Notes under the pieces: generated by a model
What the model was told of the DNA's origin: nothing
What the model saw: the letters and a program-made list of their open reading frames with translations, nothing else
Databases searched by the model: none
NCBI GenBank assembly: GCA_035319685.1
Contig: DATHCE010000220.1
Coordinates: 1-48,271 of the forward strand
DNA: 48,271 nt
Direction: 5' to 3'
From: Bryobacteraceae bacterium
Lineage (GTDB): Bacteria > Acidobacteriota > Terriglobia > Bryobacterales > Bryobacteraceae
Position numbers and translations under genes: made by a program
Shown: positions 26,510 through 36,163 of the stretch, piece by piece
How positions within the stretch are numbered: position 1 is the first letter of the stretch
Layout of the letters: every line of letters begins with the position of its first letter

Positions 26510-26560
26510 GTTTACTGTAAATCCGTGTTTGCTGTAAATCTTTGTTTACTGTAAATCTTT
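26510..26560. repeat. 17-bp x3 tandem repeat spanning the stop codon of the S10 peptidase gene
   Basis: gtttactgtaaatccgt gtttgctgtaaatcttt gtttactgtaaatcttt. The third unit encodes the last four codons plus the stop (KDLQ*) on the minus strand. Confidence 0.9.
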
Positions 26561-28144
26561 CGGAATGGCGCCGGACATGAATTCGCCCACGTCGTGCTTC
26601 AGCTTTGTGTGCGAATCGCTGTCGATGTACAGCATGTGGCCGGCCTGGTAGAAATCCCAGGTGATCTGCTTGTGCATCTCGGGACCCAGGCCCATGTGCT
26701 TGAAAGTGTACTCGACGGCATAATACGGCGTCGCGAGATCGAAGTACCCGGCGGCGATCATCAGCTTCATATAAGGATTCTTGGTGAATGCGTTGCGGAG
26801 CAGGGCGGTGGTGTCGCCGAAACCGTTCTGCGCCTGATAATCCCAGGGCTGAATCCCGCCGGAGGGATAGTAAAACATGTCGGTTTTGTATCCCAGCTCG
26901 TCGCGAATGTAGCTCAGGAACATCGCGGTGAACGGCGGCGTGATCTGGGTGCTCGACGGATCATAGCCGCCGGCTTCGGTAAGTGGCGCGGGACCCGCCA
27001 GGCGCCCGTCATACCGGCCGATGACTTCATGCTCGTTGTGCATCAGCTCGCGCGTAAAATGCTGCACGTCCCAGCGCAGGTTGTTTTCGTCGAGATATTT
27101 GGCGTCGAGGCCGGTGTATCGCACCAGCTTGTCGATCACGGCCTTGCGCTGCGCGGGGGAAAGATCATCGCCCTGATTCAGCGCGGCGGCGTAATCCCCG
27201 AGCGCGAAGCCTTGCACTTCGTTGAGGAACGATTTCAGATCCTTCTTCTGCAAATCCGCCGCGACCTTTTTGTGATACCAGGCGTCGGCCGCATAGGTGG
27301 GCATCTCCAGCTCGTAGACCAGATCGTCGCTGCGGCTCCAGATGGTTTCGAGATTGAGGGTCGTGCCGATCAGGATCACGCCGTTGAAGGCCATGCCGCG
27401 ATCGATCAGGTAACCGGCGAGTCCGGCGGCGCGGAACGTCCCGTAGCTTTCGCCGGCGATGAACAGCGGCGATTTTTCGCGGTCGCTGCGCGTCACGTAC
27501 ATGCGCATGAACTCGCCGACGGATTGAATATCTCCGGAAACGCTATTCATGCGGCGCGCGATCGCCACGGTTCTCGCGCGGCTGTAGCCGGTGCCCACCG
27601 GATCGATGAACACGAGATCGGTCAGGTCGAGCCAGGTGTCCTGATTGTCTTTCAATCGATACGGCGGAGGCGGCATGCCGCCGTTCGGCATCAACATGGG
27701 ACTCCGCGGACCCATGCCTCCGATGTGCACCCACATCGACGCCGAACCGGGACCGCCGTTGAAGCAGAATGTGAGGGGCCGTTTCGACGGATCGGCGCCG
27801 TCGAGCGTGTAGGCCATGTAAAAGATGTGCGCCTCGGTCTGGCCGGAGGAATCCCGGAGCGGCATCTGCGCGAGGGTCGCGGTGTAGTTGAGGGTCTTGC
27901 CGTTGACGGTGATGGAGTGATGCGTCACCACCGGGGTTTCGTCGATGTCGCCGCCGATCGCGGGGCCGGGACCGGGAATGCCGCCGCGTCCGCCGCGTCC
28001 TCCGGGAGCCTCGGGTTCGGGCGCGGGCGCGGGCGCGGGAGGCTGCTGCGCTGCGGGAGCCTGGGCCGCCGCGCCTCGACCCTGCGTCGGAGCCTGTTGG
28101 GCCAGCATGAAAGCAGGGATCGCAAGCCAGAGAAATGCCCTCAT
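26546..28144 (-). CDS. S10-family serine carboxypeptidase-like peptidase
   Basis: Signal peptide, FNGGPGSAS, and the nucleophile context AGESYGTF. Confidence 0.8.
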   Translation of the reverse strand: MRAFLWLAIPAFMLAQQAPTQGRGAAAQAPAAQQPPAPAPAPEPEAPGGRGGRGGIPGPGPAIGGDIDETPVVTHHSITVNGKTLNYTATLAQMPLRDSSGQTEAHIFYMAYTLDGADPSKRPLTFCFNGGPGSASMWVHIGGMGPRSPMLMPNGGMPPPPYRLKDNQDTWLDLTDLVFIDPVGTGYSRARTVAIARRMNSVSGDIQSVGEFMRMYVTRSDREKSPLFIAGESYGTFRAAGLAGYLIDRGMAFNGVILIGTTLNLETIWSRSDDLVYELEMPTYAADAWYHKKVAADLQKKDLKSFLNEVQGFALGDYAAALNQGDDLSPAQRKAVIDKLVRYTGLDAKYLDENNLRWDVQHFTRELMHNEHEVIGRYDGRLAGPAPLTEAGGYDPSSTQITPPFTAMFLSYIRDELGYKTDMFYYPSGGIQPWDYQAQNGFGDTTALLRNAFTKNPYMKLMIAAGYFDLATPYYAVEYTFKHMGLGPEMHKQITWDFYQAGHMLYIDSDSHTKLKHDVGEFMSGAIPKDLQ

Positions 28145-28224
28145 TCTGTTTCACCTCGAAAAAAAGAGTCCATTCCGGTCATGATATTCCAATTCGCCGT
28201 GTACCTGCACCCGTCGCGGATGGA

Positions 28225-28309
28225 AAAGGCCCGCCGCAGGCTCAAAAGGTCCGCCGCAGGCTCGAAAGGCCCGCCGCAGGCTCAAAAGGCCCGCCGCAGG
28301 CTCGAAAGG
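28225..28309. repeat. 20-bp x4.25 tandem array in a divergent intergenic region
   Basis: aaaggcccgccgcaggctca / aaaggtccgccgcaggctcg / aaaggcccgccgcaggctca / aaaggcccgccgcaggctcg / aaagg. It lies between the S10 peptidase start (28144) and the esterase-like gene start (28327). Confidence 0.95.
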
Positions 28310-28326
28310 ATTGATAGGCTCTATAC

Positions 28327-29919
28327 ATGCGTTATGTTTCCTTCGCGCTGATGGTCGCGTCCTGCGCTTGGGCCGGGGCGCGCTTCGAGATTTCGTTCGC
28401 GCCCGCGGCGCATTCGCAGCCGATCACGGGACGCGTGTTCGTGGTGCTGTCGAAGACCGAAACGCCGGAGCCTCGCCTGCAAGCCGGCGTCTGGCGAACC
28501 TATGAGGCTCCGTTTTTCGGACTCGACGTCGACCAATGGCAGGCCGGACGATCCGTCGCGATCGACGGATCGACGCCCGGCTATCCGCTGGCGAGCCTTC
28601 AGCAAATTCCGGCCGGCGATTACTACGTGCAGGCGCTGGTGAACGTCTACACGCAGTTTCACCGCTCCGACGGCCACACGATTTGGGCGCACATGGATCA
28701 ATGGGAGGGGCAGAAATTCAATCGCTCGCCGGGGAATCTGTTCAGCGCGGTCAAGAAAGTTCATCTGGATGCGAACGCCGGCTACGACGTGAAGCTCGAA
28801 TTGACGAACGTGATTCCGCCCGTCGAGGTTCCCGCAGACACGGCATGGGTGAAGCGCGTCAAGATTCAGAGCAAGCTGCTGACGGCGTTCTGGGGCCATC
28901 CGTTCTACATCGGCGCGACGGTTCTGTTGCCCAAAGATTACGACCGGCATCCCGGCGAGCGTTATCCGGTGATCTACATTCAGGGACATTTCAGTCTTGG
29001 CGCGCCGTTCGGATTCACCGAGTCCGCACCCGGCGGAGGCCGCGGGCAGGCGGGCGCGGCGTTTGCCAAAGAATGGATGTCGGACAATTTTCCGCGCATG
29101 ATCGCGGTGACGTTCCAGCATCCGACGCCGTATTTCGACGATTCCTATGCGATGAATTCGGCCAACGACGGTCCGTTCGGCGACGCGCTGTTCGGGGAGC
29201 TGATTCCGTACCTGGAGGAGCATTTTCGCCTGAGCCGGAATCCGCCGGAGCGATTCCTGACAGGAGGGTCGACGGGCGGATGGGAATCGCTGGCACTCGA
29301 GGTCCATCATCCCGATTTTTTCGGCGGAACGTGGACGTTCTATCCAGATCCGGTCGATTTCCGGCGCTGGGAAGCGGTCAATATTTATGAAGATCCGAAC
29401 GCGTTCGAAGTGCCCGGGGAGCGGTTGGTGCCGTTCGAGCGTCCCATGATGCGATTGCCGGACGGCCAGATGGTGCAGACGGTGCGGCAGAAGAGCCAAC
29501 TGGAAGCGGTGCTCGGGAGTAACGGCCGGTCCGGCGAGCAGTATAACGCTTGGGAGGCGGTGTACGGTCCGGTGGGCGAAGACGGATACGTGCGCCAGTT
29601 GTGGGACAAATCGACAGGAAAGATCGATCGCGAGGTGGCGATGTATATGCGCGATCACGGCTACGACCTCTCCTATTACGTGCGGACGAACTGGGCGGCG
29701 CTCGACGCGAAGTTGAAAGGCAAACTGCACCTGTATGTCGGCGATGCGGACAACTATTTTCTGAACCTCGCGGTTTACCTGTTCGAGGATTTCATGAAGA
29801 CCACGGACGCGCAGGCGACGTTCGAGTATGGCCGTCCGCTGAAGGGCCACGGCTGGCAGCCCATGAGCAACGCCGAACTGGTGCGGATGATGGCTGCGCA
29901 GGTGCCGCACAAGCCATGA
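28327..29919 (+). CDS. secreted alpha/beta-hydrolase, putative esterase family (enterochelin-esterase-like)
   Basis: Signal peptide. ..ELIPYLEEHFRLSRNPPERFLTGGSTGGWESLAL..HPDFFGG.. is a GXSXG context typical of PF00756-like esterases, and it follows a beta-sandwich N-domain. Confidence 0.65.
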   Translation: MRYVSFALMVASCAWAGARFEISFAPAAHSQPITGRVFVVLSKTETPEPRLQAGVWRTYEAPFFGLDVDQWQAGRSVAIDGSTPGYPLASLQQIPAGDYYVQALVNVYTQFHRSDGHTIWAHMDQWEGQKFNRSPGNLFSAVKKVHLDANAGYDVKLELTNVIPPVEVPADTAWVKRVKIQSKLLTAFWGHPFYIGATVLLPKDYDRHPGERYPVIYIQGHFSLGAPFGFTESAPGGGRGQAGAAFAKEWMSDNFPRMIAVTFQHPTPYFDDSYAMNSANDGPFGDALFGELIPYLEEHFRLSRNPPERFLTGGSTGGWESLALEVHHPDFFGGTWTFYPDPVDFRRWEAVNIYEDPNAFEVPGERLVPFERPMMRLPDGQMVQTVRQKSQLEAVLGSNGRSGEQYNAWEAVYGPVGEDGYVRQLWDKSTGKIDREVAMYMRDHGYDLSYYVRTNWAALDAKLKGKLHLYVGDADNYFLNLAVYLFEDFMKTTDAQATFEYGRPLKGHGWQPMSNAELVRMMAAQVPHKP

Positions 29920-29938
29920 GCGCTATGCTGAATTCTTT

Positions 29939-30604
29939 ATGATCCAATTGCGCAATATCGAAAAATACTTTGAACATGGACCGACGAAAACGTTTGTGCT
30001 TCGCCGAATCAACGTCGAGATCAGGGAAGGGGAATTCGTTTCCATCATGGGCCCTTCGGGCGCGGGCAAATCGACGCTGCTGCACCTGATCGGCATGCAC
30101 GACTCGGCCTGGACCGGCGAATACCACTTCCTGGATCACCCGATTCACAAGCTCAAGAAGAAAGATCGCGACGAGGTTTACAAGAAATATTTCGGCTTCG
30201 TGTTTCAGAGCTACCATCTGCTGGATTCGCTGACGGTGTATGAGAACCTCGACATTCCGTTGTCGTACCGCAACGTCAAGAAGGCTCAACGGGACAGCAT
30301 GGTGTGCGACACGCTCGACCGATTTCAGATTGTCGGCAAGAAGGATCTGTTCCCCAATCAGCTTTCGGGCGGCCAGCAGCAGCTGGTCGCGATAGCACGG
30401 GCGATCATCGCGAATCCCAAAGTGATTCTCGCAGACGAGCCCACCGGCAACCTGCATTCCAGTCAGGCGAAGGAAATCATGGAGGTGTTCAAGAAGCTGA
30501 ACGAATCCGGCACCACGATCGTTCAGGTGACGCATTCGGAATCGAACGCGGCGTATGGCCACCGGATCATCAAAATCGTCGACGGGTGGATCGCGAACGA
30601 TTGA
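29939..30604 (+). CDS. ABC transporter ATP-binding protein, MacB/LolD/FtsE-like; no cognate permease adjacent
   Basis: Walker [10 protein letters not shown], signature LSGGQQQ and Walker [11 protein letters not shown]. Confidence 0.9.
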   Translation: MIQLRNIEKYFEHGPTKTFVLRRINVEIREGEFVSIMGPSGAGKSTLLHLIGMHDSAWTGEYHFLDHPIHKLKKKDRDEVYKKYFGFVFQSYHLLDSLTVYENLDIPLSYRNVKKAQRDSMVCDTLDRFQIVGKKDLFPNQLSGGQQQLVAIARAIIANPKVILADEPTGNLHSSQAKEIMEVFKKLNESGTTIVQVTHSESNAAYGHRIIKIVDGWIAND

Positions 30605-31378
30605 TTATTTATTGGGAGCCGCGTCGGCGGGTTTGGCGAGCAGAGCCTTGATATCCGGCGGCGGCTCGAAGCGCCCGGCGGGGATCTCCTGGTTCACTTT
30701 GACGGTCTGAATGGTCATGACAATGTCCTGACCGGCGGCGCGCTGCACCATTTTGGAGGGCATCAGAATACCGTCGAAATTCTTGTAGTCGGAGACCATC
30801 AATTCCGCTGAAATATCGCCCATCTGGCTGGCCGCAACCACGGAGCTCTTCACCGCGAGACCGGATTTTTTCTGATAATAGGTCGTTTCCGCGTGGCCAT
30901 CGGCGGGGGTGAGCACCACTTTGTAGCATTCCTCGCCATCGATGGTTTCGACACCAACGGTCTCGGCTTTGTCGTAGAGCTTTTTCCAGTTCAGCTCATG
31001 ATTGAAAACCGACTCGCGAATGGCTTGCGACTTTTCGACGCCGGACTTTACCCGCGGGCCTAACATGGCGCTCTTCTCCCAAGCGATTCCATCCGCCGAT
31101 CCCTGTTCAAATTTACCCACGCCCTCAAATTCGATGACGGTGTACATCTTGTCGGGCGCGGCGGCGTACCGGTTGAGCGTGCCCTTCAATCCCTGCGCGG
31201 TGTACTCGACGGAGCCACTGGCGATTTCGCTGGTCCGTTTCTCGTAGGCCGCTCGTCCGCCGGTGACTTCGACGTACCGGTTCAGGATGGCTTCGGGCGT
31301 CGGAAGGGCGTCATCGGCGGCAAACGCCGGCGCCATGATGGAAGCGAGCAAGGCGAACAGCGCGATCCTTCTCGTCAT
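30605..31378 (-). CDS. periplasmic LolA-like (lipoprotein-sorting-fold) hypothetical protein
   Basis: Signal peptide MTRRIALFALLASIMAPAFA. ..VETIDGEECYKVVLTPADG.. and the C-terminal ..IPAGRFEPP pattern are common in LolA-fold DUFs. The TAA stop abuts the convergent ABC gene's stop with 0 nt between them. Confidence 0.55.
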   Translation of the reverse strand: MTRRIALFALLASIMAPAFAADDALPTPEAILNRYVEVTGGRAAYEKRTSEIASGSVEYTAQGLKGTLNRYAAAPDKMYTVIEFEGVGKFEQGSADGIAWEKSAMLGPRVKSGVEKSQAIRESVFNHELNWKKLYDKAETVGVETIDGEECYKVVLTPADGHAETTYYQKKSGLAVKSSVVAASQMGDISAELMVSDYKNFDGILMPSKMVQRAAGQDIVMTIQTVKVNQEIPAGRFEPPPDIKALLAKPADAAPNK

Positions 31379-32676
31379 TGCTTTGTCCTCTGGGTTTGCG
31401 TCCTCTGCTTACTTATCCACTGTAGCGCAGCGTCGATGACCGGATCGTGGCCGGCGAGCAGAGCCGCGCGCGTCAGATGCACTTCCTCATCGGGAACCAC
31501 GCCGTTGCCTTCGAGCGCCTTGCCGCCTGCCGAAATATAATTCGCCATCGCGTATTGGAATCCGTCGCCGTTGGGGAGCTTTTCGATGATGCTCGGCAGC
31601 GCGGCCGCGGCCGACCGGGTGCCGAAGATGCGCGCGCGGCCCAGATCCTTCAGCCCTCCCGCGAAAATCTCCGAGGTCGAAGCGGAGCTTCCATCCATCA
31701 GGATCGCCACCGGTCCGCCGAACACTTCGGACCGCCGGTTGATGAAGAAATTCAGCGTGTTGTCGCGCATTACCATGGTGCCGAGGCGCTGATTGGGTTT
31801 GTCCACCAGCCAGCCGGCCATGCCCATCGCCATGCCGCCGATTCCGCCGGGATTGCCGCGCAGATCGATGATCAGGCCGTCGCATTTCAGGCAATCGCTG
31901 ACCGCGCTCGAAAATTTCGGCATCACGCGAACCACGTCCAAAAACATATTGAAGCGAATATAGCCGGTGTTGCCGATTTTTTTCGTTTCGAGCCAAACGA
32001 ATTCGGGCGGGAGATTGCCGAAGTGCGTCACCTCGCCTCGCGGCAAGGCCAGATCGAGGTTGAGCGCGACGCGCTTATTGGCACCGTCGAGAAATACGAG
32101 GGGCATTTTCGAGTCCGCCGGCCCGCTCACGCGGGAGTCGACCGCGCGCTCGAGTTGAAGCTCGTGAATGATGGAGGTTGACTGCAATTTTTCGATGACG
32201 GGAGCGAGATCTTTGCCGCGCGCGCTGAGCACGACCCATCCCGTTTTCACGCCGGCTTTCTCCGCGGGAGACCCCGGATCGATGCGCGTCACCACAGCCT
32301 GATGGTCCAGGACCCGCAGCTCGATTCCGGTCGAGCCGTCGCCGCTATCGTCGTCGCCATTCACTTCGCTGTAAGTCGCCGCAGGCAGGATTCCGAAATG
32401 AGTTTGGTTCAACCGGTCGAGCATCTCGCGCATGACGTTGCGCGCGCCTTCCATGCTGTCGGCTTGGTCGATTTTGGGGCGATATTCGTCGTGAATCGCC
32501 TGCCAGTCGAGCCCGCCGGGATTTTTTTCCCAATGCTTGTCGCGAATGGTGGTCCAGATTTTTTCGAAAGACTCGATATTGAGTTGCTTCTGATCGGGCG
32601 TGAGCTGAGCGTGCAGCGCGAGGGCAAACAGAATCAGCCAGGAATGAACCCGAAGGAGCACGCGTTGGCGGCGCAT
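31375..32676 (-). CDS. S41-family C-terminal processing (tail-specific) peptidase with PDZ domain
   Basis: ..IIDLRGNPGG.., ..DGSSASTSEIFA.. and a PDZ-like segment (RIDPGSPAEKAGVKTGWVVL). ATGA-type overlap with the downstream gene. Confidence 0.85.
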   Translation of the reverse strand: MRRQRVLLRVHSWLILFALALHAQLTPDQKQLNIESFEKIWTTIRDKHWEKNPGGLDWQAIHDEYRPKIDQADSMEGARNVMREMLDRLNQTHFGILPAATYSEVNGDDDSGDGSTGIELRVLDHQAVVTRIDPGSPAEKAGVKTGWVVLSARGKDLAPVIEKLQSTSIIHELQLERAVDSRVSGPADSKMPLVFLDGANKRVALNLDLALPRGEVTHFGNLPPEFVWLETKKIGNTGYIRFNMFLDVVRVMPKFSSAVSDCLKCDGLIIDLRGNPGGIGGMAMGMAGWLVDKPNQRLGTMVMRDNTLNFFINRRSEVFGGPVAILMDGSSASTSEIFAGGLKDLGRARIFGTRSAAAALPSIIEKLPNGDGFQYAMANYISAGGKALEGNGVVPDEEVHLTRAALLAGHDPVIDAALQWISKQRTQTQRTKQ

Positions 32677-32681
32677 GAGGC

Positions 32682-33689
32682 TTACGGCACCAATCTCGCG
32701 AGCGATTCTTCATAGGGCGCGCGGGCCACGCCACGCTCGGTTATGATCGCAGTCACGTAGCGGGCCGGGGTCACGTCGAAGGCGGGATTCTCCACTTCGA
32801 TGTTTTCGGGCGCAACGGCGACGCCGAACACGTGGGTTACTTCCGATGCGGCGCGCTGCTCGATGGGGATGTCACCACCCGACTGGATCTTCAGGTCGAG
32901 TGTGGAGAGCGGCGCGGCGACATAGAACGGCACGTCGTTTTCCTTGGCCAGCACGGCCAGCGAATAGGTGCCGATTTTGTTGGCCACATCGCCATTGGCG
33001 GCGATGCGGTCCGCGCCCACCACCACGCATCCGATGCGTCCGGAGTGCAGAAAATGACCGGCCATATTATCGGTGATCAGCTTGACCGGTATGCCGTCCT
33101 GTTGCAATTCCCACGCGGTGAGGCGCGCGCCCTGCAGAAACGGCCGCGTCTCATCGGCGAACACGTCGATTTTCTTGCCCGCGCTCACCGCCGCTCGAAT
33201 CACGCCCAGAGCGGTACCATAGCCGGCCGTCGCCAGGGCGCCGGCGTTGCAGTGTGTAAGAACCGTCTTGCCGTCCGGAACCAGACTGGCGCCATTGCGG
33301 CCGATGGTCTGGCAGATGGCGATGTCCTCCAGGCGAATCTGCTGCGCTTCGCGGGTCATGTGGCGGACACGGTCGTCGTGCGGCGCGCCGTTGAGGCTCG
33401 CGTGGAGCCGGCGCATCCGCTCGATCGCCCAGAACAGGTTGACCGCGGTGGGCCGGGTAGCGGCGAGCGTGCGGCACACGGTCTCGAAATCAGCCTTTTC
33501 GGCGACGCCCAGGGCGACGCCCATCGCCGCCGCGACCCCGATCGCCGGCGCTCCGCGAATCACCATGTCGCGAATGGCGTCGGCCACCTGGGTATAGCTG
33601 CGGCACGTTACGAAGACTTCTTCGCGCGGAAGACGGCGCTGGTCGATCATCACGACGCCGGCATCCGTCCATTGAATCGTATCGACCAT
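32682..33689 (-). CDS. mtnA: S-methyl-5-thioribose-1-phosphate isomerase
   Basis: ..MIDQRRLP.., [18 protein letters not shown] and [10 protein letters not shown]. Confidence 0.9.
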   Translation of the reverse strand: MVDTIQWTDAGVVMIDQRRLPREEVFVTCRSYTQVADAIRDMVIRGAPAIGVAAAMGVALGVAEKADFETVCRTLAATRPTAVNLFWAIERMRRLHASLNGAPHDDRVRHMTREAQQIRLEDIAICQTIGRNGASLVPDGKTVLTHCNAGALATAGYGTALGVIRAAVSAGKKIDVFADETRPFLQGARLTAWELQQDGIPVKLITDNMAGHFLHSGRIGCVVVGADRIAANGDVANKIGTYSLAVLAKENDVPFYVAAPLSTLDLKIQSGGDIPIEQRAASEVTHVFGVAVAPENIEVENPAFDVTPARYVTAIITERGVARAPYEESLARLVP

Positions 33690-33769
33690 GAATCTCTATT
33701 GTGACGTACCAGCCAGACTGGTTTCATCAACGGTCTGACCTGAAAACATTGCTAACCTGAAAACACCGG

Positions 33770-34621
33770 ATGCATCGAAAGCGGTTCGAATGGAAGCTTC
33801 GCGACAAGACTCTGAATCTCGGCGAGCGAACGCTGCTGCTGGGGGTGTTGAACGTCACGCCAGATTCGTTCAGCAACGGAGGAAAATACACCGATCCTGA
33901 CCGCGCCTTCGCCCGCGCTGTGGAACTGGAAGAGCAAGGCGCGGACCTGATCGACATCGGCGCCGAATCCACGCGGCCCGGATCGGCGCGCATTTCCGAA
34001 GCCGAGGAACTGCGCCGCCTGGTGCCGGTGCTGAAGCGTTTGCGAAATAAGCTGACCGTGCCGATTTCGGTGGATACGTACAAAGCCGGGGTCGCCGAGA
34101 AGGCGCTGGAGTTGGGCGCGGACGTGATCAACGATCCGAGCGGCCTGACGTTCGATGCGGACCTGGCGCGCAAAGCCTCCAACGTGAACGCCGGGCTGAT
34201 TCTGAATCATATGCGCGGAACGCCGGAAACATGGGCGAAGCTGCCGCCGTTAAAGCATGTAATGCGCACCATCGCCGCGGAACTGGACGCCTCGGTTCAT
34301 CGCGCGGTGCGCGCGGGGGTCGACCGGAAGCGGATTCTGATCGATCCGGGCATCGGCTTCGGAAAGCGGAAGGAGCAGAACGCGGAAATTCTGGCGCAGC
34401 TCGGCGAGCTGGGAAGGCTGGATCTTCCGATCCTGGTAGGGCCTTCGCGAAAATCGTTTCTAACCAAAGACTCGCCCGGTGAAACCGAGTTTGCAACCGC
34501 CGCCGCGGTCACGGCTGCGATTCTGAACGGCGCGCACCTGGTGCGCGTGCATGACGTGACGGCGATGCGGGCGGTCGCCGAAGTCGCCGACGAGATTTTG
34601 CGCAACGGGGTTGAAGAATGA
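33770..34621 (+). CDS. folP: dihydropteroate synthase
   Basis: GVLNVTPDSFSNGG, DIGAESTRPG, SVDTYK, INDPSGL and GPSRKSF. Confidence 0.9.
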   Translation: MHRKRFEWKLRDKTLNLGERTLLLGVLNVTPDSFSNGGKYTDPDRAFARAVELEEQGADLIDIGAESTRPGSARISEAEELRRLVPVLKRLRNKLTVPISVDTYKAGVAEKALELGADVINDPSGLTFDADLARKASNVNAGLILNHMRGTPETWAKLPPLKHVMRTIAAELDASVHRAVRAGVDRKRILIDPGIGFGKRKEQNAEILAQLGELGRLDLPILVGPSRKSFLTKDSPGETEFATAAAVTAAILNGAHLVRVHDVTAMRAVAEVADEILRNGVEE

Positions 34622-35376
34622 GCCGAGGACTGAAGTACGTTTTCGTGTGGCTGGCTTGTACGGTGGCGTGGGCAGCTGCGCCCGAGTACGGTTACCAGGT
34701 GGTGCACGTATATCCGCACGATCCGGCGGCGTTCACGCAGGGTCTGGAGTTTCGCGCCGGATTTTTATACGAAGGAACCGGTCTCGAAGGCCGATCGACG
34801 CTGCGCAAGGTGAAGCTCGAAACCGGGCAGGTATTGCAGGAGATCCGCATCGCGCCGCAGCTTTTCGGCGAAGGCATCACGGTGATCAATCAGCAGATCC
34901 TGGAACTGACGTGGAAGGCCGAATCCGGCTTCGTCTACGACCAGAATTCGTTTCGCGTGTTGCGGACCTTTCACTATCCGGGCGAAGGCTGGGGCTTGAC
35001 CAACGACGGCTCGCAGATTTACATGAGCGACGGCTCGGCGCAGATCCGCGTGTGGGATGCGGTAACGCTCGCAGAGAAGCGCCGCATCACGGTTCATGAC
35101 GGCGCCAAGCCGATCGAAGATGTGAACGAGCTCGAATGGGTGCGCGGCGAGATCTACGCCAACGTCTGGAAGACCGATAAGATCGCGCGCATTTCGCCCG
35201 TGGATGGAAAAGTCCTCGGCTGGATCGATTTGAAGGGCATTTTACCGGCGGCCGATCGCGACGGCGCGGACGTGCTGAACGGGATCGCGTATGACTCGCT
35301 GGGCGATCGGTTGTTCGTGACCGGGAAACTGTGGCCGAAGCTGTTCGAGATCCGGCTGGTGCCGAAGAGGAAGTGA
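34618..35376 (+). CDS. glutaminyl-peptide cyclotransferase (beta-propeller, plant/bacterial type)
   Basis: ..YPHDPAAFTQGLEF..LYEGTGLEGRSTLRKV.., ..GEGWGLTNDG.. and ..NELEWVRGEIYANVW... ATGA overlap with folP. Confidence 0.85.
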   Translation: MSRGLKYVFVWLACTVAWAAAPEYGYQVVHVYPHDPAAFTQGLEFRAGFLYEGTGLEGRSTLRKVKLETGQVLQEIRIAPQLFGEGITVINQQILELTWKAESGFVYDQNSFRVLRTFHYPGEGWGLTNDGSQIYMSDGSAQIRVWDAVTLAEKRRITVHDGAKPIEDVNELEWVRGEIYANVWKTDKIARISPVDGKVLGWIDLKGILPAADRDGADVLNGIAYDSLGDRLFVTGKLWPKLFEIRLVPKRK

Positions 35377-35377
35377 G

Positions 35378-36160
35378 TCATCTCTTCTGGCATTGGGGAC
35401 AGAAGTGCGTGCCGCGCTGCGCGACCAGGATTTTTCGGATCGGCGCGCCGCAATTCACGCACGGCTGGCCTTCCCTGCCGTAGGCTTTGTGCAGGATTTG
35501 AAAATTTCCGCGCCGGCCGCCGGCGTCGACATAATCGGAAATCGAGGATCCGCGATGCTCGATCGCCAGGGTCAATATTTCACGAATCGCCTGATGCAGG
35601 CGCGCCGCGCGGGCGGCGTTGAGGCGCGAGGCGATCGCCAGCGGATGAATCCCGGCCTGGAACAGCGCTTCATCGACGTAAATATTTCCGAGGCCGGCCA
35701 GAAAAGTTTGATTCAGCAGCAGCGGCTTCACCCGGGATTTTCTCGCTTTGAGGCGCTTTGAAAATTCCTCGAGCCCGATCTCGAGCGGTTCCGGCCCCAG
35801 CTTACCGACGCGGCGCGAATCGAGCTCAATGCGCCCGAACTGGCGTGGATCGTCGTAGAGCAGGACTCCGTCGTCGAGCGTAAAGACGCCGTGAGTGTGG
35901 CCGGTTGCGGTGGCGTCGATGAGCAGCTTCCCGGTCATCCCGAGATGCACCGCCAGCGTTCCTTCATCGAGCGTCATTACGATAAACTTGCCGCGGCGCG
36001 CGAGCGAACGGATGGTCCGGCCCGCCAGGCGGGATGCGAGCCTCTTGCGATTGCCCGGCGTGACGAAGCGCGAAGAAAATGATGCCGCCACGATGCGGCG
36101 ACTCTGCAATCGGTCCGCGAGCGAGCGCACCACCGTTTCGACTTCAGGGAGTTCGGGCAC
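35378..36160 (-). CDS. mutM: formamidopyrimidine-DNA glycosylase
   Basis: N-terminal MPELPEVETV and C-terminal zinc finger CVNCG..HFCPQCQ. Confidence 0.95.
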   Translation of the reverse strand: MPELPEVETVVRSLADRLQSRRIVAASFSSRFVTPGNRKRLASRLAGRTIRSLARRGKFIVMTLDEGTLAVHLGMTGKLLIDATATGHTHGVFTLDDGVLLYDDPRQFGRIELDSRRVGKLGPEPLEIGLEEFSKRLKARKSRVKPLLLNQTFLAGLGNIYVDEALFQAGIHPLAIASRLNAARAARLHQAIREILTLAIEHRGSSISDYVDAGGRRGNFQILHKAYGREGQPCVNCGAPIRKILVAQRGTHFCPQCQKR

Positions 36161-36163
36161 CAG

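Noticed and set aside
28225-28309. CRISPR array, considering both the 20-bp repeats here and the 17-bp repeats at 26510..26560.
   Set aside because: The repeats are head-to-tail with no spacers, the units are too short, and no cas genes are nearby.
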